Assembly (NCBI GenBank): GCA_964450735.1
Contig: CAYVDC010000005.1
Location: forward strand, 22,628-86,627
Direction: 5' to 3'
DNA: 64,000 bases
Source: an uncultured Candidatus Saccharibacteria bacterium
GTDB taxonomy: Bacteria > Patescibacteriota > Minisyncoccia > Phycocordibacterales > UBA9973
The position numbers and the translations under genes are program-made. Below are positions 45,775 to 55,792 of this stretch, piece after piece; position 1 is the first letter of the stretch, and each line of letters begins with the position of its first letter. A model generated the notes under the pieces. It ran no database searches. It worked only from the letters and a program-made list of their open reading frames with translations, and was not told the origin of the DNA.

Positions 45775-47043
45775 CTATTTCTCAAATACTGTAATCTGCT
45801 TTCTAAAAGTAAAATTTTCTTTCCAAAGCTTAAGAACATCCTTAAAGGTAAGTGCTGCTTCCCTTTCATATTCTTCTTGTACTGAGAAGTTGCGATGAGT
45901 TTCTGGTAGACGCCGAGACATTCTATCGCGCAAATATTTGAAGATCGCAATAGTATCGAATTCAGTAAGCTCATAATCAAGCATAAATTCTTCGTGCATC
46001 TCATCAAAAACAGGCTTTAGAGAAGAAGGGTCATTCAATATTCCTAAAATAGAATTAACTATCTTATCTAGACCTTGAGTATCTTCTTCAGAATCGAGCG
46101 AACATACATTCATGAAAACATTGCCGCATATCTTCTTGTTATATTCGGTACCATAAATCAGATGCTGCTTTTCCCTCAAGTCATTGAATATCCACCTATC
46201 AAACATGCTGCCAGTATAGAATAAATGCTCGTGATAATTCCCTGTTGTGAAAATTTGTACTGACGAATCGATTAGCGTAGGATTAAAATCACTCATTTTT
46301 TTAGTAACAACATGCTCTCGACGAGCATGTTGTTCAGAAAATATAAAGCAATTTCTTTTTATAACCTGACCATTTCGTTCCCTCATAACAATTTTCCCAA
46401 GCGCTTGCTCGAGTTCTAACGCAGTTATGTTTCCATACACTACGAGAAATGCATTTTCATATACGAACATTTGATCAAAGTGCTTCTGCAGATCGGCAAG
46501 TGATATTGCTTTAATGCTTTCCCTAATACCTAATACGCTGGAACGAACCTGGTGAGGCGTATCATTCAATAGTGCCTGAGTAATGGAATCCTCATGTTGG
46601 TTGAGCGTAAGAGATGAATTTGATTCAGCATGTTCGCGTAGAATAATTTTTGTTTGTTTTTCCCAACCTTTTTCAATTTTGAGGTTAAAAGTGCCATCAA
46701 TCAAGAATTGTAATGCGGGTACAATATTTAACGGTAATACCTTGCATCCAAATCTCATATCAAGCATACCAGTATCCGGAGAGTGTAATTCGCCGCGTAG
46801 TCTGCGCATATGATTTCTTTGAGCACGAATGGTTTGAGCAAGAGGATTATTTTCCAGGATCATGTGCTCCAGTTTGTGCACTAAGCCTTCTTTTCCAGGA
46901 ACGTCATCAATGGCTCCGGTTTCAACAACTAATTGTATTTCAACGAAATTCACTTCTGTTTTGGGATAAAGTGCAACACGAAGGCCGTTTTGCAAAGTAA
47001 AGCAATCCGTTTTCTTAAATGGATCAAATAAGGTTGTATTCAT
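45775..47043 (-). CDS. M16-family (pitrilysin/insulinase-like) zinc peptidase
   Basis: Inverted zincin motif HKLEH (HxxEH) near the N-terminus; about 420 aa. Confidence 0.7.
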   Translation of the reverse strand: MNTTLFDPFKKTDCFTLQNGLRVALYPKTEVNFVEIQLVVETGAIDDVPGKEGLVHKLEHMILENNPLAQTIRAQRNHMRRLRGELHSPDTGMLDMRFGCKVLPLNIVPALQFLIDGTFNLKIEKGWEKQTKIILREHAESNSSLTLNQHEDSITQALLNDTPHQVRSSVLGIRESIKAISLADLQKHFDQMFVYENAFLVVYGNITALELEQALGKIVMRERNGQVIKRNCFIFSEQHARREHVVTKKMSDFNPTLIDSSVQIFTTGNYHEHLFYTGSMFDRWIFNDLREKQHLIYGTEYNKKICGNVFMNVCSLDSEEDTQGLDKIVNSILGILNDPSSLKPVFDEMHEEFMLDYELTEFDTIAIFKYLRDRMSRRLPETHRNFSVQEEYEREAALTFKDVLKLWKENFTFRKQITVFEK

Positions 47044-47192
47044 ATAACTAATGTTTATTAAGTTTTAAATGTAGTGACTCCAAAATAGCACAAAATTCCA
47101 ATTTGTCAAAATGTAGCATATTGGCATCTAGTAAAATAAAAAGCCTCTCGCACACATATGCAGAGGCTTTTTTATCCCAATTTCAGTAGGAT

Positions 47193-47942
47193 TTATTTTT
47201 TAGCAAATCCTTCGAGAGCTTTCAAGATTTCCATCGGAATCATGTACACAACTGTGTTTGATTGATCAGATGACATGTCGTTGATGGACTGAAGCGTTCG
47301 CAAGTGGAGAGCACCTGGCGAAGATGCGAGCATTGCAGCGGCCTTGGCCATGTTTTCGGATGAAGCGAGCTCTCCTTCTGAGGTAATGATCACGGCTCGC
47401 TTTTCTCGTTCTGCTTCTGCCTGTTTTCCTATTGTCCGTTCAAGTTCCGGAGGAAGACTTACGTCTTTGAGTTCGACGTTCTGAACCTTCAATCCCCATG
47501 CGTCTGTCTCGCTATCAACGATTTCGCGGATACGATCAGCGATCTTGTCTCGGCTCGCAAGCAGTTCATCGAGCGTCACTTCGCCGACGATGTTTCGCAT
47601 CGTTGTCTGTGCGTACTGGGAAATAGCGTGGCGAAAATCCTCAACTTCAATAATAGCTTTTGCTGCATCGCTTACCTTGTAGTAAATAACAGCATTAACA
47701 CGAACAGAAACATTGTCTCGAGTGATTGCGTTCTGATCTGGGACATCGACTGCTTTGGTTCGCACGTCTACCTTTTCATACGACTGCACGATTGGCAGTA
47801 CGAGGCGCCATCCTGGCTCCATCATGCCGGTAAATTTTCCGAAGGTAAACCGAACCCCACGTTCATACTGGTTTATTTGGCGGATACTTACTAGAAGGAT
47901 AGCGAGTACTCCGATTACGATTGCGATAAATAATACTTCCAT
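47193..47942 (-). CDS. SPFH/band-7 (stomatin/prohibitin-like) membrane protein
   Basis: N-terminal TM helix; SPFH core YERGVRFTFGKF...VDVRTK...RDNVSVRVNAV. Confidence 0.85.
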   Translation of the reverse strand: MEVLFIAIVIGVLAILLVSIRQINQYERGVRFTFGKFTGMMEPGWRLVLPIVQSYEKVDVRTKAVDVPDQNAITRDNVSVRVNAVIYYKVSDAAKAIIEVEDFRHAISQYAQTTMRNIVGEVTLDELLASRDKIADRIREIVDSETDAWGLKVQNVELKDVSLPPELERTIGKQAEAEREKRAVIITSEGELASSENMAKAAAMLASSPGALHLRTLQSINDMSSDQSNTVVYMIPMEILKALEGFAKK

Positions 47943-47966
47943 AAATACTCTAAGTTTATTTATTAA

Positions 47967-49874
47967 TTATGAATAACGCTCAAACTGCGCTGTTAATTTT
48001 TCTACTTCGCTCTTTGGTCCATATACCAATACGCCGAGGTATTCAATATCGCTAAAGTCTTTTGATTTCGTCATTTCGATCACTTTTTTGTCGTTAGTAG
48101 TCTCAATCATTTCGCGAGTGAATTCATCTACCTCAAGCTTTGCTTCTTTTGCAGAATGAGCAAGGGACTGGAGGTCGCTCGAAGAAGAAGCTGATTTGAT
48201 GATGATTGCCTGTTTTGTATTGAGCTTAATCGAAACATTATCCTTGGAAGTGATGGTGTCTTGAGTGAACAATTCCTTGCCTACTCGCGCACCAAAGGCC
48301 GCATTGAGATGCGCAACGGTATTCATTTCCTGCCACTTTTCAAGATTGATGCCAGTATTCAAAACCGCAACAGCAACCATAGTTTCTTTTTTCTTTGGAG
48401 CACCTTCGCCTTTCGGACGCATAAGAGGAAACATCACTGTTTCGCGAATTGGCTTTCCTGCAAGGACCGCAAACATACGATCACCCACAGGAGCGGAGCC
48501 GAACGCTGGCGGCATACCATGTTCAAGCATTTCTACGAATTCCCAGTCAGGCATCATTGCTTCATCATCTCCGCGTTCAATAAGTTTCTGCTGTTCTTCG
48601 AAACGTGCGCGCTGATCGAGCGGATCATTGAGCTCAGAGAAGCTGTTAGAAAATTCGCTTCCAGCCATAATAAGCTGACAGCGTTCTACTGTCTCAGGAT
48701 TTTCTGGACGTGCCTTTGCGAGCGGAGAAACGAGCTTTGGATGGTTGGTAAGCCACACAGGACCAGCAATTCCCTTTCGGCAATACTTCCAGAGCGAGTC
48801 GATCATTCGTTCACGAGTTGCGCCTTCGTATTCAACACCGAGTTCTTCGAGCTTGTCTGCAAGTTCTTTTTCGGAAGCCGTAAGCACGTCTACGCCGGTC
48901 TTTTCCAAAACGTATGGCACATATTCGATAACATCCCATTTTGGAGATAGATCGACATCGTAGCCTTTGACATTGAATTGCAATGTTCCAAAAGTCTTTT
49001 GGACGACGTCTTTGACCATTCGTTCAACGAGCTCCATGCCGCCTTTGTAATCCATGTATGCTGCATAGCACTCCATGTTGGTGAATTCCTGAAGATGTTC
49101 AGGAGATGAGCCTTCATTGCGGTATACGCGGCCAATCTCAAATACTTTCGGAAATCCTGCTGCAAGAGCGCGTTTCTGCCAGAGTTCTCCAACTGAGATA
49201 CGCATGTATACATCCATGCTGAAATCATTGTGATATGTTTTGAATGGTCGAGCTTCCGCACCTCCGGTAGTTGTCTCAATGGTAGGTGTTTCAATTTCCA
49301 GGAAACCTTCATTCAGCATGAATTCACGTGCTGACCTCCAAAAGAGCGATCGCTTTTCAAGAAGCGCGCGGAGATCCGCGTCCATGAGGATATCAAGATA
49401 TCGTTTGCGGTAGCGTTCATCTGGGTCGGTAATACCATGCCATTTTTCTGGAAGTGGAGCGAGTGTTTTGGTTCCCATTTTCCAATTTGAAACAAGGATA
49501 GATGGCTCCCCTCGTTCTGTAGTAAAGAGCGTTCCGGTGACCTGGATAAAATCCCCAAGGTCTACGGTTTCAGTGAATAATGAAAAGATTGATTCTTCAA
49601 TATCGTCTTTTTTGAAAACAGCCTGAAATTTTGCCGTGCCGTCATTGAGCACTGCAAAGAGGATCGCTCCTTGTCCGCGGAGGGCCATAACACGGCCAGC
49701 AAGCGTGATTGGGGCTTTGATATTATCAAACTGCGCTCGAACGTCAGCCAAGCTTTTGTCGCGGTCAATATGCGCTGGGTATGATTCCATGCCAGCGGCA
49801 GTAAGTTTCTCAAGTTTTTCCAACCGGTTCGCGCGTATTTCTTCGAGTGATGCCATATGGGACGAGTATAGCAA
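47967..49874 (-). CDS. lysS: Lysyl-tRNA synthetase (class II) with a C-terminal extension of about 147 aa
   Basis: OB anticodon-binding N-domain, class II motifs (FLEIETP; GGAEARPF; ELCNAFTE-like region), core ends ...MFPLMRPK at about residue 488, then an extra domain. Confidence 0.9.
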   Translation of the reverse strand: MLYSSHMASLEEIRANRLEKLEKLTAAGMESYPAHIDRDKSLADVRAQFDNIKAPITLAGRVMALRGQGAILFAVLNDGTAKFQAVFKKDDIEESIFSLFTETVDLGDFIQVTGTLFTTERGEPSILVSNWKMGTKTLAPLPEKWHGITDPDERYRKRYLDILMDADLRALLEKRSLFWRSAREFMLNEGFLEIETPTIETTTGGAEARPFKTYHNDFSMDVYMRISVGELWQKRALAAGFPKVFEIGRVYRNEGSSPEHLQEFTNMECYAAYMDYKGGMELVERMVKDVVQKTFGTLQFNVKGYDVDLSPKWDVIEYVPYVLEKTGVDVLTASEKELADKLEELGVEYEGATRERMIDSLWKYCRKGIAGPVWLTNHPKLVSPLAKARPENPETVERCQLIMAGSEFSNSFSELNDPLDQRARFEEQQKLIERGDDEAMMPDWEFVEMLEHGMPPAFGSAPVGDRMFAVLAGKPIRETVMFPLMRPKGEGAPKKKETMVAVAVLNTGINLEKWQEMNTVAHLNAAFGARVGKELFTQDTITSKDNVSIKLNTKQAIIIKSASSSSDLQSLAHSAKEAKLEVDEFTREMIETTNDKKVIEMTKSKDFSDIEYLGVLVYGPKSEVEKLTAQFERYS

Positions 49875-49913
49875 AATCCGCTCATTTAGGAAATGAGCGG
49901 ATTTTTGAGATCA

Positions 49914-50408
49914 TTATTTGATGTTTACAATCGTGTACTTTGTTTCTCCTTTTGGAGTATTGAAGGTGACGATTTCACCTTTCTTTTTTCCATACAACGC
50001 TTCACCAAGCGGTGAGTTATGAGAGATCATGCCGCGGGCCATGTCTGATTCCTGAGCGCCTACGACGGTAAAGATCTTTTCTTCTTTTTCCTTTTCTTTG
50101 CGAACGGTCACTACTGAGCCAATACCGACAACGGATGTCGTATGTTCTGTAACGAGTTCAGAATTCTGGAGGATTTCCTCGATCTGTCCGATTCGTTCTT
50201 CGAGGCGGCCTTGTTCTTCGCGAGCATTGTGGTACTCAGCGTTTTCAGAAAGGTCTCCAAGTGACTTTGCGAATGCAAGAGCATCGAGAATCTTCTGGCG
50301 AGCTGGTCCTTTGAGGTCGGCTAATTCATGTTCAAGCTCCAATTTCTTTTCAGATGATATAAAGTTTTGTCCGTTTTGCATGGCAACACTATAGCCTTTT
50401 TTTGTCAA
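49914..50408 (-). CDS. greA: Transcription elongation factor GreA
   Basis: N-terminal coiled-coil with acidic tip (DLSENAEY) and C-terminal FKBP-like domain. Confidence 0.9.
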   Translation of the reverse strand: MTKKGYSVAMQNGQNFISSEKKLELEHELADLKGPARQKILDALAFAKSLGDLSENAEYHNAREEQGRLEERIGQIEEILQNSELVTEHTTSVVGIGSVVTVRKEKEKEEKIFTVVGAQESDMARGMISHNSPLGEALYGKKKGEIVTFNTPKGETKYTIVNIK

Positions 50409-50443
50409 AAGGTCAACGGAGATAGGAGTGCGAATACTGTACG

Positions 50444-51451
50444 CTAGTACAGTCGCTGAATTTGTTTGCGAAGTTTGAACATGATTTGATAGATCTTATA
50501 CAAGAACGGAAATACCACCAAGTCATAGCTTCCGATCATTTCTACGGCTTCCCCGCCATAGCCTTTTTTGAAATCAGAAAATCCTGCCCAAGGGTTTGTA
50601 GGATCCGTGCTGTCTGGCGGGAGTATACCCCACAGGTCGAGCGATCTTGCGCCGTTTTCTTTGCCGAACACAATAACATTCCACATGAGAGCATTCATTG
50701 CTTTAAGATTGCGGTGTTCCATTGATGATCCTGCGTATGTGTAATAGAGAGTTCCTTTGTAGAGAAAAAGTTCGCAAGCACAGAGGATCTTGTCTTGGTA
50801 TTTTGCGGTAAGTATGTGAGCAATACCTATTTTTGAAAAGATGTCCCAGATTGTCTTGTGGTACTTTTTGGTATGACCACCAAAACGCTGTCGCTTTGTT
50901 GTTTCAGAATATATAGCATAAAAATCTTCAAAGCCTTGGTCCGTATCATTGTTTAAAACAACAACACCTTTTCGTTCTGCGAGGCCAATATTGTACCGTG
51001 TGTTTGCCTCGAGCTCTTTTTTGAGTGTTTCGATTGGCTTTGAAAGATCTATGATTCGTGTCCACTGATAAAAAAGCGGCGTGCCAGACTTTTGCAACAG
51101 TGGTGATGGAGTTTCAAAAGCATCATCATGACCGCCAGTAACAATCTGATCAGGCTCGAACATCACAAAAATAATCTTGTACTTTTTGCAATAAATTTGA
51201 AGGTAGCTCAAAAATTCTTCGCTTGGTATTTTTGATCGTGGAATATACCCGATGCTATAGTTTATGAATGGAACAGCATGCAAGGTCATCTGATACGTTT
51301 CAATCAGAATTTCATTTTCGCACACACCAAAACGCACAACGCGAAGGCCAGTCGTTTCTCGGATGGTACCCCAAGCATAATCCTGCAGTGGATGCGGAGC
51401 GCCTTGGTTAAAATCTGATGGTTCAATTGTAGGAAGTTCGCGGACTGACAT
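50444..51451 (-). CDS. FemAB/MurM-family peptidoglycan interpeptide-bridge aminoacyltransferase-like protein
   Basis: About 335 aa; GNAT-like duplicated fold pattern of FemAB; adjacent to PBP2; family call by overall pattern, moderate. Confidence 0.55.
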   Translation of the reverse strand: MSVRELPTIEPSDFNQGAPHPLQDYAWGTIRETTGLRVVRFGVCENEILIETYQMTLHAVPFINYSIGYIPRSKIPSEEFLSYLQIYCKKYKIIFVMFEPDQIVTGGHDDAFETPSPLLQKSGTPLFYQWTRIIDLSKPIETLKKELEANTRYNIGLAERKGVVVLNNDTDQGFEDFYAIYSETTKRQRFGGHTKKYHKTIWDIFSKIGIAHILTAKYQDKILCACELFLYKGTLYYTYAGSSMEHRNLKAMNALMWNVIVFGKENGARSLDLWGILPPDSTDPTNPWAGFSDFKKGYGGEAVEMIGSYDLVVFPFLYKIYQIMFKLRKQIQRLY

Positions 51452-53208
51452 TATTGAGTGTACTCAGGAGTATTTTCAGCCATCCATGAAAGCTGGTCGA
51501 GCGCCACAGCAGCAGCACCTAGAGAAGTAACTTCAGTTCCCTTTTCCATCATAACGACAATGACATACTTTGGATTGTCATATGGAAAGAACCCAGTCAT
51601 CCAAGCATTCAAAAATTCATTTCGTACGCCAACCTGAGCCGTACCTGTCTTTGCTGCAACTTTGAATGGAAGTACATTCAATGCCTTGGCGGATCCTAAA
51701 TTGTCGGTAACAACCAATCGCATACCCTCATGCACTACATTGAAGAATTCCTTGCTGAGATTAAGCTGGGTCTTTTTTGCCTCAAATGTTTTGTCGTCTT
51801 TGGTGATATGCGGAGATACAAGTAGCCCATTGCTTGCAATACCGGCTACAGCGCGAGCCATTTCAATCGGAGTAACTTGTACTCCGTACTGTCCGATTGC
51901 AGTGTTATAGGTGTCACCAATACGCCAAGCATCACCGTTGAAATTCTTGGCTTTCCAGGCAGGGCTTGGAATAACGCCGCCCTTTTCATTTGGAAGATCG
52001 ATGCCTGTTGGAACTCCGATACCGAACATAGTCAGATATTTTCCAATATTATCTATGCCGATACCCCGCTGCGATTGATATCCGCCGCCAACGTTATAAA
52101 AGAAAATGTTCGATGAATATGCGAGCGCATGGCGAACATCAATGACGCCGTTATCAGCACGATAATCGCGGAAGATCGTAGGATGAGCGGGGTCATAAGG
52201 ATTTGGCACGCTGATGGTACCGTGCGCAGCAATCTGGGTGTGCTCAGTGATCACTCCCTCAGTAAGCCCTGCCATTGCCATATAGGGTTTAACGATGGAA
52301 CCAGGAGAATAGAGACCTGCCACCGCGCGATCAAGAAATGGCTTTGCAGAATCTGTCAGATACTTTTGAATAAGCCCGCGGTCGTCGCCGGACGACATAA
52401 CCTGGGAAGAATATTCAGGAATGCTTGTAAGAGCGAGGAGCTCTCCGTTTTCAATATTCATAATGATTCCTGCTCCTCCTTTGTATCCTGATTGCTGCAT
52501 GATTTTGTGAATAGCACTGGCAAAATGCGACTGCAGTCGAGCATCAATCGAAAGTGTTATGTTGTCGCCTGGAATTGGTTTATAGATTTGGTTTGAGAGC
52601 GTCGTCTTGCCGTGCACATCGCGCTCAATCAACCGCGTGCCATTTTCTCCCTGCAGTTTGTCATTGTATTGTTTTTCAACTCCGTCTTTGCCCAAAAACT
52701 CTGTTTGCCAGAAGTTACCTGATGAATCTTTTGCTGGATAGCTAACATATCCCAGCAAATGACTGAAGCCTGGCTGATCAATATACGCACGTTTTGAAAA
52801 CGCTTCGTCAGTTGTTTGTGTTTCGTTCCAAGCAAGCAGCTGCTCATTACGGTCATAGATAACGCCGCGCTCAGCAAAGAGCGGCTCACGAGCAAGCTGG
52901 TTCTGCTGGCTTTGATTGTAGTATGCTGTTCCTTTGATCCCCTGCATGTAAAGCAGCCGGCCGACAAAAATGATAAAAACAATCAGGAAGAAAATCTGAG
53001 TACCGACAATAGTTTGCTTGCTGATTGCCTTCTCTATGCGGCCTTCAAATTGCTGTTTGTCGAACTGTGGCAGGTTTTTGGAATCCAAAAAGATCTCGTC
53101 TGGTTCAACGAATGCGTGCGAATATTTTCTGTTTTTTCGAAAAAAGTTAAGAAAGGCCATATCGGGTAAATCGCTTGCCGAGCTCAATAGCTGCAAAGAG
53201 CGCCGCAC
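51451..53208 (-). CDS. mrdA: Penicillin-binding protein 2 (elongation-type transpeptidase)
   Basis: SIVKP (SxxK), SSN and KTGTA motifs; N-terminal TM anchor. Confidence 0.85.
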   Translation of the reverse strand: MRRSLQLLSSASDLPDMAFLNFFRKNRKYSHAFVEPDEIFLDSKNLPQFDKQQFEGRIEKAISKQTIVGTQIFFLIVFIIFVGRLLYMQGIKGTAYYNQSQQNQLAREPLFAERGVIYDRNEQLLAWNETQTTDEAFSKRAYIDQPGFSHLLGYVSYPAKDSSGNFWQTEFLGKDGVEKQYNDKLQGENGTRLIERDVHGKTTLSNQIYKPIPGDNITLSIDARLQSHFASAIHKIMQQSGYKGGAGIIMNIENGELLALTSIPEYSSQVMSSGDDRGLIQKYLTDSAKPFLDRAVAGLYSPGSIVKPYMAMAGLTEGVITEHTQIAAHGTISVPNPYDPAHPTIFRDYRADNGVIDVRHALAYSSNIFFYNVGGGYQSQRGIGIDNIGKYLTMFGIGVPTGIDLPNEKGGVIPSPAWKAKNFNGDAWRIGDTYNTAIGQYGVQVTPIEMARAVAGIASNGLLVSPHITKDDKTFEAKKTQLNLSKEFFNVVHEGMRLVVTDNLGSAKALNVLPFKVAAKTGTAQVGVRNEFLNAWMTGFFPYDNPKYVIVVMMEKGTEVTSLGAAAVALDQLSWMAENTPEYTQ

Positions 53209-53419
53209 TTATCAGCGTTCCAACCAATAAAAGATTGTGGAAGCGTGCAAGCGGCGACCCAAACAGTACGTCAGTCAGAATGACAGCAAGGATACCTTCA
53301 ATATACCAGTCAAAGAGCGCATAGCCAACTGCTGCTATAAAAAACGTTACCCAGTAAGGGAAAAGTAATGCGGAACAGAGGCATAGAATGCCGTACAGAG
53401 GTCGGTAATATGTCTTCAT
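53147..53419 (-). CDS. Small membrane protein (possibly MreD-like)
   Basis: 90 aa, three TM helices; lies immediately upstream of PBP2 and overlaps it by 62 nt. Confidence 0.3.
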   Translation of the reverse strand: MKTYYRPLYGILCLCSALLFPYWVTFFIAAVGYALFDWYIEGILAVILTDVLFGSPLARFHNLLLVGTLISAALFAAIELGKRFTRYGLS

Positions 53420-53916
53420 ACGATAATATTAAAATAACGGAATATAATGCGAAGGCCAAAAAAGATTGCAGCGAGAATTGCTCCATAGAAAATGAAGCGG
53501 TATCCAAAGAAAAACGCCAATGCAGCATAAAGATAGTACCAAGCTTTTGGGGCGGCATCGACCGATGCTTGTACCTTGCTGCCTTTTACCTCAACCGAAA
53601 CAGCGCTTGCCTTCTCGGAAGTGTCGCGAAGCTCGGAATATTTTCCAGCGAGCTCTGCCCGCTTTGCGTCAAAATTATTTACGCTGTCTTTGATAGATTG
53701 TGGAATTGCGGCTACGATCTTTGTTTCCCACTTAGAAAGAATCTCGAACTCATCTGAAAAAGTTGCAGTGGTCGGTTGCTGCGCCGGCGACTCATTTCGA
53801 GCAGGAGCGAACTGTATAGTTTGCTCTGCAAAGGCAGTCGAAGCCATCGCACAAAGCGATAGAACACCGACGACACATGCAATAGCATTTCTTTTCATGC
53901 ACACAGTATATCGCAC
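53416..53916 (-). CDS. Hypothetical exported protein with C-terminal TM anchor
   Basis: Signal peptide; coiled region; C-terminal hydrophobic helix. Confidence 0.4.
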   Translation of the reverse strand: MRYTVCMKRNAIACVVGVLSLCAMASTAFAEQTIQFAPARNESPAQQPTTATFSDEFEILSKWETKIVAAIPQSIKDSVNNFDAKRAELAGKYSELRDTSEKASAVSVEVKGSKVQASVDAAPKAWYYLYAALAFFFGYRFIFYGAILAAIFFGLRIIFRYFNIIV

Positions 53917-53943
53917 AAAACAGCCTACCGCAAAATAAGCCTT

Positions 53944-54213
53944 TTAGAGAGCATCTTCGCTAATTGGAGCAGTGGCAATCAATTCTAATTTCCTGTCACG
54001 ACGAAGGGCTTTTATTTCATGTTCACGCGAAAGTGCCTCACCGAGGGTTTCATATGGTTCAATATACTTCAAAGAAACTGGCCGTCGCATTTTTGTATAA
54101 TGCGCTCCAGATTTTGAATGGTTATGACGATAGAGTCGTCGTTTAAGATCATTAGTGCAACCAACGTACAATGTCTCGTCAGCGCATTCTACAATGTAAA
54201 CATAATGCTTCAT
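53944..54213 (-). CDS. GIY-YIG nuclease-family small protein (YhbQ/UPF0213-like)
   Basis: YVYIVEC...LYVGCTNDLKRRLYRHN GIY-YIG core. Confidence 0.8.
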   Translation of the reverse strand: MKHYVYIVECADETLYVGCTNDLKRRLYRHNHSKSGAHYTKMRRPVSLKYIEPYETLGEALSREHEIKALRRDRKLELIATAPISEDAL

Positions 54214-54214
54214 A

Positions 54215-55768
54215 TTATTTGTCGAGGTCGAGCGTTTCGTCGATGCGAATCTGTTCGACGAATTCTGGAACGTGAGAAACGAGGATCATAGCACCTTCAT
54301 AAGAATCGAGTGCTTTAGCGATGACTGGCAAATGACGGAAGTTGATATGGTTCGTTGGTTCGTCAAGGATAAGCAAACCTGGTTTCTGCAAAACTAGTCG
54401 TGCAAATGCAACGAGACCTTTTTGTCCTTCAGAAAGCGAGCCAATTTTGGTATAGACCATGTCTCCTGTTATCAAAAAGCTTGCCGCTGTTGCACGCAAT
54501 CGTTCTTCGTTTACTTTCTCTCCTGAGAACTCAATACCTGAGGCTAGTGACTGAAAAACAGTATCGTTAAAGTCCAATGTTGAAAAGTCCTGTCGGTAAT
54601 AGCCAACTCGAACACCTTCCATGATCGTTGATCCTTCAGCTTCCCCGCTTGCAATCTTTTCGAGCAAGGTACTCTTACCAATACCGTTTGGGCCTTTCAA
54701 AAGCAGGTGCTGTTTCTTTTTCAATGAAACATTGGCCTTGTATTTGACGATTTTGTGGTTCTTCATGACAGTACATGAAGTAATGCCGATAATTTCACCG
54801 ATCAAATCTGGCTGGCATGGAATAGTGAAGTTTCTAATAGTCTTGTCTTCTTTTCGAACATCAACCATTTCTTCTTCGAGATCTTCGGCAAGCTCACGCA
54901 TGCGTTTCGCAACGAGACGCAATCGTCCTCCTTTGTGAGCGAATTCATTGGACTTGTCTTTCTTGGCTTGGATTTCTTTTGCCAACTGAGCGTTCTTCAT
55001 GTTTTCTTTTTCTACTCGAGCTGAAATGTCCTTTACTACGTTGTAGTAGTTTCCAACATACTGTTCAATCTTGCGAGTATAGATATCCAAATACAAGACG
55101 CCTTCAGTAAAGGCATTCAAAAACTCCGCATCGTGGGAGATAACGACAACAGTCTTAGAATAGTTCTGCAAAAATTCTGTGAGATGAGCGATACCGGCCT
55201 TGTCGAGATTGTTCGTCGGCTCATCAAGGAGCAAGATATCAGGATTTTGAATAAGCGCTGAAGCCAACAACAATCGAGCTTGCTGACCACCCGAAAATGT
55301 TTTTATGACGCGATCATGCACTTTTTCATGTCCAACCAAATGAACGATCTCAAGCGCCTCATCTATTCGAGGATCGATGTCATATACTTTTTCTTTGAAA
55401 CATTTCTGGAAAAATTCTCTCACGGTCAGATCCATCTGATCGCGAGGAATTACCTGACGGCTGATCGCAATACTGACGCCTTTGACGATATTGATCATGC
55501 CATCTTCTGGCTCCATTGTTCCCATGATGAGCCCGAAAATCGTGCTTTTTCCGGCACCGTTCTGTCCCATGAGCGTTAATTTCGCGCCACGTCGAATACC
55601 AAAGCTCACCTCTTCAAGAATTGGCTTTGTGTGGCTATATTCAAATGATACTTCTTCAAACCGAACGATAGTCTCGCCTCGTGACATGGAACTTCTCGAT
55701 AAATGATAATTGCTCAATAATAGTGCCCGCCAAATTGACGGGCTGTGTAACACTTGCAATTCTAACAC
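54215..55768 (-). CDS. ABC-F family ATPase (two tandem ABC domains, no TM domain)
   Basis: Two Walker A motifs (GQNGAGKST; GPNGIGKST), two LSGG signatures (LSGGQQARL; LSEGQKGLV), linker between them; likely start at the internal MSRGET. Confidence 0.85.
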   Translation of the reverse strand: MLELQVLHSPSIWRALLLSNYHLSRSSMSRGETIVRFEEVSFEYSHTKPILEEVSFGIRRGAKLTLMGQNGAGKSTIFGLIMGTMEPEDGMINIVKGVSIAISRQVIPRDQMDLTVREFFQKCFKEKVYDIDPRIDEALEIVHLVGHEKVHDRVIKTFSGGQQARLLLASALIQNPDILLLDEPTNNLDKAGIAHLTEFLQNYSKTVVVISHDAEFLNAFTEGVLYLDIYTRKIEQYVGNYYNVVKDISARVEKENMKNAQLAKEIQAKKDKSNEFAHKGGRLRLVAKRMRELAEDLEEEMVDVRKEDKTIRNFTIPCQPDLIGEIIGITSCTVMKNHKIVKYKANVSLKKKQHLLLKGPNGIGKSTLLEKIASGEAEGSTIMEGVRVGYYRQDFSTLDFNDTVFQSLASGIEFSGEKVNEERLRATAASFLITGDMVYTKIGSLSEGQKGLVAFARLVLQKPGLLILDEPTNHINFRHLPVIAKALDSYEGAMILVSHVPEFVEQIRIDETLDLDK

Positions 55769-55792
55769 AAGATTTCATTTTTGTCTTGTTTT

